Position numbers and translations under genes: made by a program. Below the pieces are notes generated by a model. It was not told the origin of the DNA. It did no database searches and saw only the letters and a program-made list of their open reading frames with translations. Below, one piece after another: positions 20,292-30,409 of a stretch of 64,000 bases of DNA; positions within the stretch are counted from its first letter, which is position 1; each line of letters begins with the position of its first letter. The DNA comes from an uncultured Acidobacteriota bacterium (GTDB taxonomy: Bacteria; Acidobacteriota; UBA6911), in NCBI GenBank assembly GCA_963809485.1, contig CAWEJX010000001.1, forward strand, positions 192,001-256,000, written 5' to 3'.

Positions 20292-20774
20292 CTATTTCCT
20301 CATCTTGAGGGCCGCTTCCCGGACCGAAGCTATAATTTTTGTGTATCCCGTACAGCGGCAAAAATTGCCCTCGAGCGCTTTGCGGATTTCTTCTTCATCC
20401 GGGTTTTTATTTTCGTCGAGGAGCGCCTTTGCGGAGAGAATCATGCCGGGGGTACAGAAGCCGCACTGCATTCCGCCCATCTCCACAAAGGCCTGCTGGA
20501 TCGGATGCAGAACGTCTCCGTCAGAAAGCCCTTCGATGGTTTCCACATGCTTTCCGTCTGCTTCTGCCGCGAGCACCAGGCAGGCATTGACCGGTTCCCC
20601 TTCCATCAGCACCGTGCACGCACCACATTCCCCGACACCGCACCCTTCCTTAGTGCCCGTAAGGCCGAGATCCTCGCGGAGGACCTCCAATAGAGTCGCC
20701 GACGGCTTAATGGAGATATCGGACCGGGCGCCATTTACGACCAATCGGATCGAGATTCGTTCTGTGCTTTGCAT
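20292..20774 (-). CDS. (2Fe-2S)2 subunit of molybdoenzyme (CoxS/HcrC-like)
   Basis: GCGVGECGACTV, QCGFCTPG, CRCTGY. Confidence 0.93.
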   Translation of the reverse strand: MQSTERISIRLVVNGARSDISIKPSATLLEVLREDLGLTGTKEGCGVGECGACTVLMEGEPVNACLVLAAEADGKHVETIEGLSDGDVLHPIQQAFVEMGGMQCGFCTPGMILSAKALLDENKNPDEEEIRKALEGNFCRCTGYTKIIASVREAALKMRK

Positions 20775-20785
20775 CCTTCAGCTCC

Positions 20786-21661
20786 TCATGGGACCAGCAC
20801 CTGCTCGAGCGCGCGTCTTGTCAATACGTAAACCATGTCGCGGCGATACGCCGCGGATGCGCGATAATCATCAATCGGGCGGCATTCAGCGCTCGCAGCC
20901 TTGGCAGCTTCTTCAATGGCATCCTTCGAAATGGGACGGTCCTTCAAAGCCGCTTCAGCACGGACCGCACGCATCGGGATGGGCGCCACGGCGCCCAGCG
21001 CAATCCGCACATCGCTGAATCCATTTCGGGATTTTGTAACAGCAGCCGCCACGCCCGTAATTGCCATATCCATCGAATGCCGCGGGGACAGTTTCAGGTA
21101 AACGCATCGTTCCGCGGCTTCGGGTATCCTGAGGGCCGTGACTATTTCATCCGGCTGCAAAACGGTTTCCCCGGGACCGATGAAAAACCTGTTGAGCGGA
21201 AGCGTTCGCTCCGCCCTGGAACTCCGCAGACTCAACTCCGCATTCAGCGACAGCAACGCCGGAGCGCTGTCCGCGGAGGGAATCCCGCTGCAGATATTGC
21301 CCACAAAGGTTCCGCGGTTGCGCACCTGGGGCGACGCCATTGACAGCGCCGCCTGAATCAGCGAAGGATACAGCCTCCGGATCTCGGGATGCCGGCTTAT
21401 GCTCCGGATTGTGGCAAGCGCCCCGATGTGGAGGCCTTCCTGCGGATGCCAGGACAGCCCTGTAAGCTCCTCAACTCCTTTTAAATCCAAGACATAGTTC
21501 GGAGCGGCAAGTTCCCGTCTTTTCAGGTTCGGGATGAGATCGGTGCCGCCTGCCATCGGTTTTGATTCCCCGGCATGGTTCGCCAGAAACAGGACAGCTT
21601 CCTCAATGGTACGCGGCGAAATATAATGGAATGGAGGCAGTCGGCGATAGAAGACAGGCAT
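20786..21661 (-). CDS. FAD-binding subunit of molybdoenzyme (CoxM-like)
   Basis: AGGTDL, SPQVRNRGT, DDYRASAAYR. Confidence 0.9.
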   Translation of the reverse strand: MPVFYRRLPPFHYISPRTIEEAVLFLANHAGESKPMAGGTDLIPNLKRRELAAPNYVLDLKGVEELTGLSWHPQEGLHIGALATIRSISRHPEIRRLYPSLIQAALSMASPQVRNRGTFVGNICSGIPSADSAPALLSLNAELSLRSSRAERTLPLNRFFIGPGETVLQPDEIVTALRIPEAAERCVYLKLSPRHSMDMAITGVAAAVTKSRNGFSDVRIALGAVAPIPMRAVRAEAALKDRPISKDAIEEAAKAASAECRPIDDYRASAAYRRDMVYVLTRRALEQVLVP

Positions 21662-21966
21662 CGGGCGAGATCCCTTTCGAAACTCTTTATTCTCCATGAA
21701 ATATGCATTCCCCGTCAAGGACGGCCGCAGCCGCTCAGCTATGCCCTGCCCCGCCATCCGATACGGCTGGAGCCTTTCCTGCAAACATGATTTCGCCACA
21801 GCATGCAAAAATCCTCTGGCTCAGGCGCTTTTTATGAGGTAAAGATTATGGGCCCTTATTTAGGGACGGCGGAGCCGGCGGAAGCAGGGTTCGAGCGTTA
21901 GGACAGTTCCCTGACGTAATCCGAGTCGAGACGCTGCCGGGATGATTGAATAGAGGAATAAAAACC

Positions 21967-23073
21967 ATGTACGGTCAGGTAAAGCAGTTTGTTGAAGAAG
22001 GCGAGACGCTGGCGATAGCCACAATCGTCTCGACGCTTGGTTCCACACCCAGAGAAGTCGGCGCTCAGATGGTGGTAACCGCTTCCGGAGAAATCCTGGG
22101 CACTGTCGGAGGAGGATGCGGCGAGGCGGAAGTGATCCGGGAAGCGGTTCAGGTGATCCGATCGCGCAGACCCGCTCTCGTAAAAGTGGAGCTCATGGAT
22201 GACATTGAATCCGACAGCCCGGCGGTCTGCGGCGGGATTTTGAATGTGTTCGTCGATCCCTGGTGGAATGATTCCGACTCCGCCCTCTGCGGCAAGCTGG
22301 CAGATGAGCTGTTGCAGGTCCGCCGGGATGGGGCAGCCGCAGTCCTGGCCACTGTTATCAAAGCGGAAAATTGCGGGGCGGCAGTTCCCGGTGAAAAGTG
22401 CTTCATTCGAGACGGGGCCGTGAAAGCGGGAAATATCAACAACGGGGAATTGTTGAAGGCTGTCATTGCTGAAGCGGAGGTCCGGCTCAAAAGAGAGGAG
22501 TGCCGGCAGGTCTCTCTGGCTCTGCCGGGGACGGATGGGAAAGCGGACGTTTTTTTCCAGGTAATTCCTCCAATCCGCAAAGTGATTATCGTGGGAGCCG
22601 GGCACCTGGCGGTTCCCCTGGTAAAATTCGCGAAGATCCTGGGATTCCACATCACGGTTGTTGACGATCGGGTTCTGTACGCGAACCGCAGCAGGTTCCC
22701 CGATGTGGATGAGATTCTCGTGGGCAACATGGCTGAGACACTGCGCGGGATTCCCATCACGCCTCAGACTTACATCGTTCTGATTACGCGCGGCCACCAG
22801 TTCGATGAACCCTGCCTCCGCGAAGTTCTTCACAGTCCCGCGAAGTACATCGGCATGATCGGCAGCCGAAGGCGCGTGAAGGCATGTTTTATCAGGTTTA
22901 TAGACCAGGAAGGCGTACCCAAAGAATTATTGAAGAAGATTTACGCTCCTATCGGCCTTGATATCCGGGCCGAATCACCAGAGGAAATTGCGCTTTCCAT
23001 CGTTGCCGAAATGGTCAAGGTACGCAGAGGCGGTACAGCGCAGTCCCTTGCCGTTCATGATGAAAAACGCTGA
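21967..23073 (+). CDS. XdhC/CoxI-family Moco-insertion chaperone
   Basis: GSTPREVGA, GTVGGGC, CGG, GAGH, TRGH, YIGMIGS, PIGLDI...PEEIA. Confidence 0.9.
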   Translation: MYGQVKQFVEEGETLAIATIVSTLGSTPREVGAQMVVTASGEILGTVGGGCGEAEVIREAVQVIRSRRPALVKVELMDDIESDSPAVCGGILNVFVDPWWNDSDSALCGKLADELLQVRRDGAAAVLATVIKAENCGAAVPGEKCFIRDGAVKAGNINNGELLKAVIAEAEVRLKREECRQVSLALPGTDGKADVFFQVIPPIRKVIIVGAGHLAVPLVKFAKILGFHITVVDDRVLYANRSRFPDVDEILVGNMAETLRGIPITPQTYIVLITRGHQFDEPCLREVLHSPAKYIGMIGSRRRVKACFIRFIDQEGVPKELLKKIYAPIGLDIRAESPEEIALSIVAEMVKVRRGGTAQSLAVHDEKR

Positions 23074-23154
23074 AAGCTGAATGTTTCAGGCCAAAGCCGG
23101 AGGGGAGCAAGGACGTATCCTGTCTGCAACCCTTGCTCCTGGCGGTGTCCGGGA

Positions 23155-24543
23155 TCATAAAAAGCCGGTCAGCTTCCAGAAGCCCACACTCAATGCAAGA
23201 GTTACAAGAACCATAATTCCGTAAACATGGGCCAGGAGCGCACGCTGGCCTCCGCTGAAGGCCTGATTCGAGGTCATGCCCTCCCCCATGGCAATCCAGA
23301 TGTTCTGATAGGAAAGCCAGAACGGTACCTGGGGCAGCAGCAGCGAGGCCATGAGGACGAGTGGAGGTATGCCCGCCGCCAGCATAACGTCGGCGATCGG
23401 CAGGAAAAGCACCGGTATGGCAATAAAGCCCGTCGGATCAAAAAACCTCAAGGCCAGCATCGCCAGGGCCATCACGAGAACCACAACGATGCAGCTGAAA
23501 GAGAGCTCTTTTGCGACGGGCACGAAATAGCCGGCGATCCAATCCGTAATCCGGAATTCCTGGATAACGTTGGCAAGCCCGAAAATCCCGCCCAGGAAAA
23601 GCATCAGAGTCCAGGATACGCCGCCGCCGATGTCTTCGTCGCGCAGGATCCCGGCCAGCGCGAATACGCCAAGTCCGAACATGCCGACCAGAAAACTCGG
23701 CATGTGATGGAGGCGGTCCGTCGCCCAGTATGCCATCGAGAGGGCAACCACAGCGCCCGTGATCCATTCGGTGCGATGGACAGGGCCGAGAGCCCTCAGC
23801 TTTTCCCTGGCAAAAGAGGGCGAGGCCTTGATACGCGATTCCGGTCTCAATACCAATGGATTGGCACCCAGCACGAGCAGGCAAAGGATCAGGGTAGGCA
23901 CCGCCATCACCTTTGCGTACTCCAGCCACACCAGGGAGAAGTGCCTGGCCTGAAATACGGAATCCACCACCGGCCCGTAAAGCGAGCCGTAGAGCAGCGC
24001 GCACCCGGGGATGACGGCCATTTCGATGGCCGTGATCATGATCAGGGCGGAGCCGCGGCTGCGCGGTTCAATGCCCAGAGACTGAACCAGCGCCCAGGCA
24101 ATCGGCACGATGATTGCGGTGCGGACCGTCATCGAGGGGATGCCGAACGACAGCACGGATCCAATCACAAACAGGGCGGCCAGAATCCCCGCGTAAGTCC
24201 CCGGGAAAAGCGTCAGAACGTAATAGGAAAGCCTTTGCGCCAGGCCCGTGCGATTCATGGCGCACCCGTAGTACAGGACCGCCAGCAGAATCCAGAACTG
24301 CGGACTGGAAAACCCGCTCAAGGCCAGTTGCGGGCGGGCTCCCGCCAGGATCATCAGACCCATCATCAGGACGGACGCGATCCCGTTGTTCATGACCTGA
24401 AATAGCCAGAGCACGATGGTGAACGCCACAACGGCAAGAACAGACTGGGCGGTACCGGACAGGCCCTGGGGCGCCGGCACGGCCAGTATCAAGGCGCCCG
24501 ACAGGATCGCGATGCAAATTCCTATTCCCCGGCTCCTGGTCAT
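23155..24543 (-). CDS. SLC13/DASS-family di/tricarboxylate (anion) transporter
   Basis: Many TM helices; SGFSS...W, TGLAQRL, IPSMTVRT. Confidence 0.82.
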   Translation of the reverse strand: MTRSRGIGICIAILSGALILAVPAPQGLSGTAQSVLAVVAFTIVLWLFQVMNNGIASVLMMGLMILAGARPQLALSGFSSPQFWILLAVLYYGCAMNRTGLAQRLSYYVLTLFPGTYAGILAALFVIGSVLSFGIPSMTVRTAIIVPIAWALVQSLGIEPRSRGSALIMITAIEMAVIPGCALLYGSLYGPVVDSVFQARHFSLVWLEYAKVMAVPTLILCLLVLGANPLVLRPESRIKASPSFAREKLRALGPVHRTEWITGAVVALSMAYWATDRLHHMPSFLVGMFGLGVFALAGILRDEDIGGGVSWTLMLFLGGIFGLANVIQEFRITDWIAGYFVPVAKELSFSCIVVVLVMALAMLALRFFDPTGFIAIPVLFLPIADVMLAAGIPPLVLMASLLLPQVPFWLSYQNIWIAMGEGMTSNQAFSGGQRALLAHVYGIMVLVTLALSVGFWKLTGFL

Positions 24544-24803
24544 GGGTCCTCCTCGGAAGCGGAGGCGAATATAGATACCGGCTGTTCCTTTGTCAAGCAG
24601 CCCGTAAGCGCCCTCGCCTCGTTCACGCGGCGCGGCAAACCGGCAGCCGCATTTTTTGGGGTGACCGTGCTGCGGCAGAACCTGAGGCTTTACGGTTGCC
24701 GGCCCCTCCGAGGGGCTCGATCGCTGTCGATAAAAAATAAAACCGGTTTCATATGTAATAAGCATCTATAAGGCTCTTTGAACTGCAGCATGTCGAATAA
24801 AGA

Positions 24804-25186
24804 GTCAGGCACATCCGGCAAAGCCGGAGGCTTGAAAGATTTGAACCGCTCAAAGCGGTTGGACTAGTTACGCTGGTCTTGAACGCTGACTTACGCGGGC
24901 AAAAGCCGATGAGGCGCTTCCGATCCCTGCAGGGGCCAGCGCTCCGCGCTGGACAGTTTTCTGCGGCGGCACTGTGGCAAGCGCCGTGCGGCAAGCAGAT
25001 GAAGGGTATGAGAAACCGGGCGTTTGCCACGGTGCCGCCGCAGAAAACTCCATCGGAAGCGCCTCATCGGCTTTTGCTCGCCGACCCACGCCGAACAAAT
25101 CGGTGTTTGTCAGCGCTTTTATCAGCGTTCCTCAGCGTTTCAAAATACGGAGCTGTCAAACTCTTTGAGTCCCCCGGCAAAGCCGG
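24804..25186 (-). mobile_element. Non-autonomous IS200-type element, copy 2, with nested inverted-repeat insert; one end truncated
   Basis: Same ends as 4475-4708; contains a perfect 26-bp IR (24899-24924 / 25052-25077) around a 31-bp IR. Confidence 0.72.
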
Positions 25187-25279
25187 CAGATCCCCTAATG
25201 GAGCAAACCGTGCTCGCCCTCTATATTTGCGCTTGCTTTCCCATGTATTTGTGGGAAATTTGAGCGACAGGAGAGATCT

Positions 25280-26461
25280 ATGCATCCAAGAAGCATTGTG
25301 GTGATGCCCGGGGACGGCATCGGCAAGGCGCTTCTCCCCGAAGCGCTCCGGGTGCTCGATGCTGCCGGATTCAGGGCCGATTACGTCCACGCCGATATCG
25401 GATGGGAGTTCTGGTGCAGGGAAGGCAATCCGTTGCCGCTGCGCACCCTTGAGCTGCTTGAAAAGCACAGGATCGGCCTTTTCGGAGCCATAACCTCCAA
25501 ACCCAAAGATCAGGCGGACCGGGAGCTGGATCCCGGACTTAAGGACAAGAGCTTCGTCTACTACAGCCCCATTGTCGCATTGCGCCAGCATTTTATCCTG
25601 GATGTGTGCATACGCCCTTGCCGTACCTTTGAGGGAAATCCGCTTAATTTTGTCAAACGCTCAGGCAATCGCGTTTTCGAACCCGCCATCGACGTCGTCG
25701 TGTTCCGACAGAACACGGAAGGCCTGTACAGCGGCGTGGAATGGACGAACCCGCCGCCTGAAGTCCGCTCCGCGCTCGAGACCCATCCCAAAATGGGTGT
25801 GTTCCAGTCCACGCCGAGCGAACAGATGGCGCTATCCTGCCGCATCATCACGCAGAAAGCCTGCCGGAGGATCATTTCGGAGGCTTTTCAATATGCACGG
25901 CGCTACGGCTACAAAAGCGTGACCGTCTGCGAAAAACCGAACATACTCCGGGAAACATCCGGGATGATGCGGCGGGAAGCCATGAGCATAGCGGCAGACT
26001 TCCCCGAGATAGAATTGTGGGAAACCAATATCGACGCGCAGATGATGTGGCTGAACAAGAACCCGGAGGACTATGGAGTCATCGTTACCAGCAACATGTT
26101 CGGAGACATAATCTCCGACGCGTTCTCCGGCCTGGTCGGCGGCCTGGGTTTCGCCAACAGCGCCAACTTGGGAGAAACCTGCGCCATTTTTGAACCGACC
26201 CACGGTTCCGCGCCCAAATATCAGGACCTTGCGCCTTCGATCGTCAATCCCATAGCCATGATTCTGAGCGCCTGTCTTATGCTGGACTATCTTGGCGATC
26301 GCGAGAGAGCGAACAGAATCCGTTCGGCAATTTCGGCCGTCCTACGCGAAGGAAAGGTCCGGACCTTTGACATGCTCCGGATGACCGGCGGGCCCGGTGT
26401 GATCGCCCGGGGCGCCGCATCCACACAGGCCATGACCGATGCGGTCATTGAAAGACTGTAG
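25280..26461 (+). CDS. Isocitrate/isopropylmalate dehydrogenase family protein
   Basis: PGDGIG, RQNTEGLY, KPNI, NMFGDIISD, FEPTHGSAP, NPIAMILS. Confidence 0.92.
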   Translation: MHPRSIVVMPGDGIGKALLPEALRVLDAAGFRADYVHADIGWEFWCREGNPLPLRTLELLEKHRIGLFGAITSKPKDQADRELDPGLKDKSFVYYSPIVALRQHFILDVCIRPCRTFEGNPLNFVKRSGNRVFEPAIDVVVFRQNTEGLYSGVEWTNPPPEVRSALETHPKMGVFQSTPSEQMALSCRIITQKACRRIISEAFQYARRYGYKSVTVCEKPNILRETSGMMRREAMSIAADFPEIELWETNIDAQMMWLNKNPEDYGVIVTSNMFGDIISDAFSGLVGGLGFANSANLGETCAIFEPTHGSAPKYQDLAPSIVNPIAMILSACLMLDYLGDRERANRIRSAISAVLREGKVRTFDMLRMTGGPGVIARGAASTQAMTDAVIERL

Positions 26462-26588
26462 ATCCGACGTTCGAAATTCGAAATGCGGCGATACCGCATT
26501 TCGCCATGTATTCAGCCGATAGACATTTAAAACCGGAAGCAGCACAATGAGTCAGGGATTGAATCGGTTCACGCAAAGGAGCGAGGCC

Positions 26589-27002
26589 ATGGCAGAAAAG
26601 ATTCGCAAAGTCGACTATTTCTACATCGAAACAGCCAACAAGCCCGGCGTAGGCGCAGGTTTGCTCGATGCCCTGCGCGATGCAGGGGTAAATTTGCTGG
26701 CCTTCACGGGATTCCCGCACGGCCGGAAAGCCCAGATTGATTTCATGCCCGAAGACACGGCTGCCTTCAAGGCTGCGGCACGCAAAGCGGGATTGAGGCT
26801 GAGCCTCAAAAAGACGGGCTTCATGATTCAGGGGGAGGACCGCGTAGGCGCAATGGCCGATATCATGGCGAAGCTGGCCGCCGCCCGGATCAATGTTACG
26901 GCGGTGGACGCCGTGAGCGCCGGCAAAGGCCGATACGGCGCGATATTCTGGGTAAAATCGTCCGACGTGCGGAGCGCGGCCAAAATTTTGCGCGTGTCAT
27001 AA
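26589..27002 (+). CDS. Tandem ACT-domain protein
   Basis: NKPGVGA...GVNL and DRVGAMA...RINV repeats. Confidence 0.8.
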   Translation: MAEKIRKVDYFYIETANKPGVGAGLLDALRDAGVNLLAFTGFPHGRKAQIDFMPEDTAAFKAAARKAGLRLSLKKTGFMIQGEDRVGAMADIMAKLAAARINVTAVDAVSAGKGRYGAIFWVKSSDVRSAAKILRVS

Positions 27003-27034
27003 ACCGCACCGGAACAGCATCCTAAATAACTGGA

Positions 27035-27268
27035 GGCAGGTACCTCCGGCATAGCCGGAGGCTTGAAAGATTTGAACCGCTCAAAGCGGTTGGAGGAGTT
27101 ACGCCGATCCTGAACGCTGACGCACGCTGAACGGACGCCGACCCACGCCGAAAAAATTTTTTATATTTTTTCAGCGTATGTCAGCGTCACGTCAGCGTAC
27201 GTCAGCGTTTCAAAATAGGGAGCTGTCAAACTCTTTGAGTCCCCCGGCGGAGCCGGGGGTTTACCAAT
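27035..27268 (-). mobile_element. Non-autonomous IS200-type element, copy 3
   Basis: Same ends as copy 1; interior is a palindrome of ~10-nt tandem units (ACGCTGA / TCAGCGT). Confidence 0.75.
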
Positions 27269-27306
27269 GTAATCAAAATTCGCGCCCGGCAATTTCGAAT
27301 TCCGGA

Positions 27307-28500
27307 TCAGACCGCCCCATTTTTCCTTAGCCCGGCGATCTCCTCGCCGGAGTATCCCAAGCGGGCCAGAACCTCATTGGTGTGCTCCGAGAGCCTGGGG
27401 GGAGCGGTTTCGATGGATGCCGGTGTCTTTTCGAATTTTGCGGTCAGGTTAAAGAGCTTCAGGTCCCCGATCCCCTCCGCATGAACCGTTTGAAGCGTCT
27501 CGCGATGCACGATCTGCTCCTGCCCTAGCGCCGCCTCCAGTCCCAGGATAGCGCCGGCGGGAATTCCGCGGGCATTGAGACGCTCAACCCAGTAATCGGT
27601 TTGCTTCAGTCTGAGCTTCGACTCGATATACTCTGTCAGCGCCTCGCGGTTTTTCTTGCGCATATCCCTCTGCCGGAACCTTGGATCCGCTTTCAGATCC
27701 GGAAGCTCGAGGATATCGGTGAGCGCTTCCCACTGCTCCTGTTTATTGGCCGCGATGTTGATGTGGCCGTCCACGGTCGCAAAAGTGCCCGAGGGCGCCG
27801 CGGTAAAGTTGTCGTTCCCCATCAGCGCCGGCGGCTGTCTCCCGATCAGAAGATTAGCCGCAACCCAGCCCATCAGAGGCATGATGGAGTCCAGGAGCGC
27901 AATGTCGATGAACTGTCCCTCGCCGGTCCTTTCGCGATGAAAAAGGGCAGCCAGTACGGCAAACGCGGCATTCAGACCTCCCACCGTGTCGCAGACCGGA
28001 AAACCGCATCTTAGGGGGTTCAGGCGCTCATCGCCGTTAATGGCCATGACGCCGCTCAATCCCTGGATGATCTGGTCGTAGGCAGGCTTCAGGGCATCCG
28101 GCCCCGTCTGGCCGAAACCGGAGATGGCGCAGTAAATGAGTCCCGGATTGATTTTTTTGAGCTCATCGTAAGACAGGCCGAAACGGCTCATGACGCCCGG
28201 CCGGAAGTTTTCAACCAGAACGTCGGCGGTCTTAGCGAGCTGCCTGAAGATCCTCTGCGCGTCGGGGTGCTTGAGGTTGAGCGTGATCGATTTTTTATTG
28301 GCGTTCTGCGCCAGGAAGCTTGTTCCCATCATCCTGTCGTTCAACTCCGGCACATTGCCGAGTTTGCGGGCCAGGTCTCCCGAATCCGGGGGCTCGATCT
28401 TCAGGATTTCCGCCCCCAGCAGCGCGAGGTGAAGCGTGGCGAATGGTCCCGAGAGAACCATGGTCAGATCCAACACCTGAATTCCTTCAAGGAGTTTCAT
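27307..28500 (-). CDS. Class III CoA-transferase (CaiB/BaiF family)
   Basis: VLDLT...SGP, KIEPP..GD, NANKKSITLNLK, ENFRPG, ISGFGQTGP, AYD. Confidence 0.93.
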   Translation of the reverse strand: MKLLEGIQVLDLTMVLSGPFATLHLALLGAEILKIEPPDSGDLARKLGNVPELNDRMMGTSFLAQNANKKSITLNLKHPDAQRIFRQLAKTADVLVENFRPGVMSRFGLSYDELKKINPGLIYCAISGFGQTGPDALKPAYDQIIQGLSGVMAINGDERLNPLRCGFPVCDTVGGLNAAFAVLAALFHRERTGEGQFIDIALLDSIMPLMGWVAANLLIGRQPPALMGNDNFTAAPSGTFATVDGHINIAANKQEQWEALTDILELPDLKADPRFRQRDMRKKNREALTEYIESKLRLKQTDYWVERLNARGIPAGAILGLEAALGQEQIVHRETLQTVHAEGIGDLKLFNLTAKFEKTPASIETAPPRLSEHTNEVLARLGYSGEEIAGLRKNGAV

Positions 28501-28531
28501 GCCAGTTCTCCCCAATGTGTGCAGTTCCAGC

Positions 28532-29299
28532 CTATTTGTTGGGATTCGGCAGCGGTCCGTCGTAGGTCACGGGGATGCGCACACGCATGGGCTTTTCGCG
28601 GGCGTATTCCTCCATCACCTGTGCCGTCAGTCCGGCCACGCGCCCTATGATGAAAATCAGCTTGGCCGCCGCCGGCAGGAAACCCAGGTCGTGCAGCACG
28701 GCGGCAAGGGCACCATCCACATTGACCGGCAGCGGACGTATCAGACGCCCTGCCGCTTCCTCCAGCGCCTGCATGAAGGCTATGCCGTTTCCCGCCATAC
28801 CGCTTTCCCGCGCGAGATTGAAGAGGACGCGCGTCCGCGGATCTTCCGTGTGGACGCGGTGGCCCATCCCCGGCAGTCGCTTCTTTTCCGCTTTTGCAGA
28901 GGCTGCAATGCGGAACGCGGCATCCTCCAGGGACAGGTTTTCCCGGCGCGCCGTCTCGAGCCCTTCGACGATCATGTGCATGCACTCGTAACCGGCGCCC
29001 CCGTGAGCGTCGCCGATCGCCAGGACGCCCGCAGCGATGGCAGCTTCCAGGGACTGCCGGTTTCCCGATGCGACGATCCGGGCCGCCGCGGCGGAAGGCG
29101 CGGCGGGGCCGTGATCGGATACCCCGATAAGAATTGCATCGATGAGCCGCCGTTCATCCGGCGTCGGCAAACGCCCCTGATGCAGAAGGTAAATGGTATC
29201 CGCAAAGGTGGCCTGCAGCATCAGTGATGTAACGTCGAATCCGCGTATAAAAATGCCTTTTTCGTCCGAAGTGGTGATTGCGGTGCGCCACGGTTCCAT
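28532..29299 (-). CDS. Citryl-CoA lyase (citrate synthase-like domain)
   Basis: WRTAIT, IRG, DHG, HGGA, PGMGHRVH..DPR, NVDGA. Confidence 0.85.
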   Translation of the reverse strand: MEPWRTAITTSDEKGIFIRGFDVTSLMLQATFADTIYLLHQGRLPTPDERRLIDAILIGVSDHGPAAPSAAAARIVASGNRQSLEAAIAAGVLAIGDAHGGAGYECMHMIVEGLETARRENLSLEDAAFRIAASAKAEKKRLPGMGHRVHTEDPRTRVLFNLARESGMAGNGIAFMQALEEAAGRLIRPLPVNVDGALAAVLHDLGFLPAAAKLIFIIGRVAGLTAQVMEEYAREKPMRVRIPVTYDGPLPNPNK

Positions 29300-29402
29300 G
29301 TTTCGCCTCCTTGTGGCTGACTGCATTTACCATATCACGGATTGCTTGACGATGGACGATGGACGGTTAAAGATAAGAGCCTTAACAGGAGCCGCGGCAG
29401 CC

Positions 29403-29939
29403 ATGGAGGAAAAGAAAAACATTATTTTGTGCGGATTCATGGCAACCGGCAAATCGTCCGTGGGACAACGGCTGGCTGCGATGCTGGGCCGGGACTTTGT
29501 GGACCTGGACTCCTGGATTGAATCCGAAGCCGGCATGCCTATACGCCGGATCTTCTCGACCCTGGGAGAGCCGGCGTTCCGGGCGCTTGAAGTCCGCATG
29601 GTGGAACGCGTTGCGGAGAGAACGGGATGCGTCGTGGCAGCCGGAGGCGGCGCCATTGTGAATCCCAAAAACCTCGAGGCACTGAAGCGAAACGGAATCG
29701 TTATCACCCTGACCGCGGACCCTGAAACCATTCTTTCGCGGGTTGGGACAGGCGACGATCGTCCCCTGCTGCGCGGAGAAGGCAAAGCGGAGCGGATCCG
29801 CCTGTTGATGGCGCAGAGGAAGGAATCGTACGCAAAAGCGGACATGATCGTGGACACCTCATCGATGTCCATCGACGAGGTGGCGCGGTACATCATGAGC
29901 CGCCTGGAGGAACGTGCCGGCGGTCAGGGGGCGGGCTGA
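29403..29939 (+). CDS. aroK: Shikimate kinase
   Basis: [27 protein letters not shown]. Confidence 0.92.
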   Translation: MEEKKNIILCGFMATGKSSVGQRLAAMLGRDFVDLDSWIESEAGMPIRRIFSTLGEPAFRALEVRMVERVAERTGCVVAAGGGAIVNPKNLEALKRNGIVITLTADPETILSRVGTGDDRPLLRGEGKAERIRLLMAQRKESYAKADMIVDTSSMSIDEVARYIMSRLEERAGGQGAG

Positions 29940-30391
29940 TCTCCGGCCTGCTTCCGGTCCCGCAGGATCCCAATCAAGGCCCGAATTCCGCATTCATAGC
30001 TGCGCCAGCCCAGCCCGGCGATGGAGCCGACAACTACCGCAGAGATAACCGATTTATACCGGAATTTTTCCCTCGCGTGGATGTTAGAAAGGTGAACCTC
30101 GATTGCGGGCAACCGGACGGCGGCCAGGGCGTCGCGGAGAGCATACGAATAATGGCCATAGGCGCCGGGATTGATCACGATGCCGTCCGCCCACTCGCCT
30201 GCCTCGTGGATCGCGTCAATCAGCGCGCCCTCGCTGTTGGATTGAAAGATGCGAAGTTCAGCCTGGCACTCATCCGCGACCTGCATCATCCGCGTGTTGA
30301 TATCCTCCAGACTTGTCGATCCGTAGATCTGCGGCTCGCGTTTGCCCAGCAGGTTCAGGTTGGGTCCGTGTATGAGCAGTATCCTGATCAC
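29924..30391 (-). CDS. aroQ: Type II 3-dehydroquinate dehydratase
   Basis: [39 protein letters not shown]. Confidence 0.95.
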   Translation of the reverse strand: MIRILLIHGPNLNLLGKREPQIYGSTSLEDINTRMMQVADECQAELRIFQSNSEGALIDAIHEAGEWADGIVINPGAYGHYSYALRDALAAVRLPAIEVHLSNIHAREKFRYKSVISAVVVGSIAGLGWRSYECGIRALIGILRDRKQAGDQPAP

Positions 30392-30409
30392 TGTCTCCCT
30401 CCGCTTCCG

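Noticed and set aside
24879-25304. Short ORFs across the repeat elements (also 4369-4608 and 4562-4768)
   Set aside because: Their shared peptides simply reflect the repeated non-coding palindromes, and no HUH transposase motif is present.
27112-27212. CRISPR array
   Set aside because: Units are ~10 nt, inverted and lack unique spacers; no cas genes are present.
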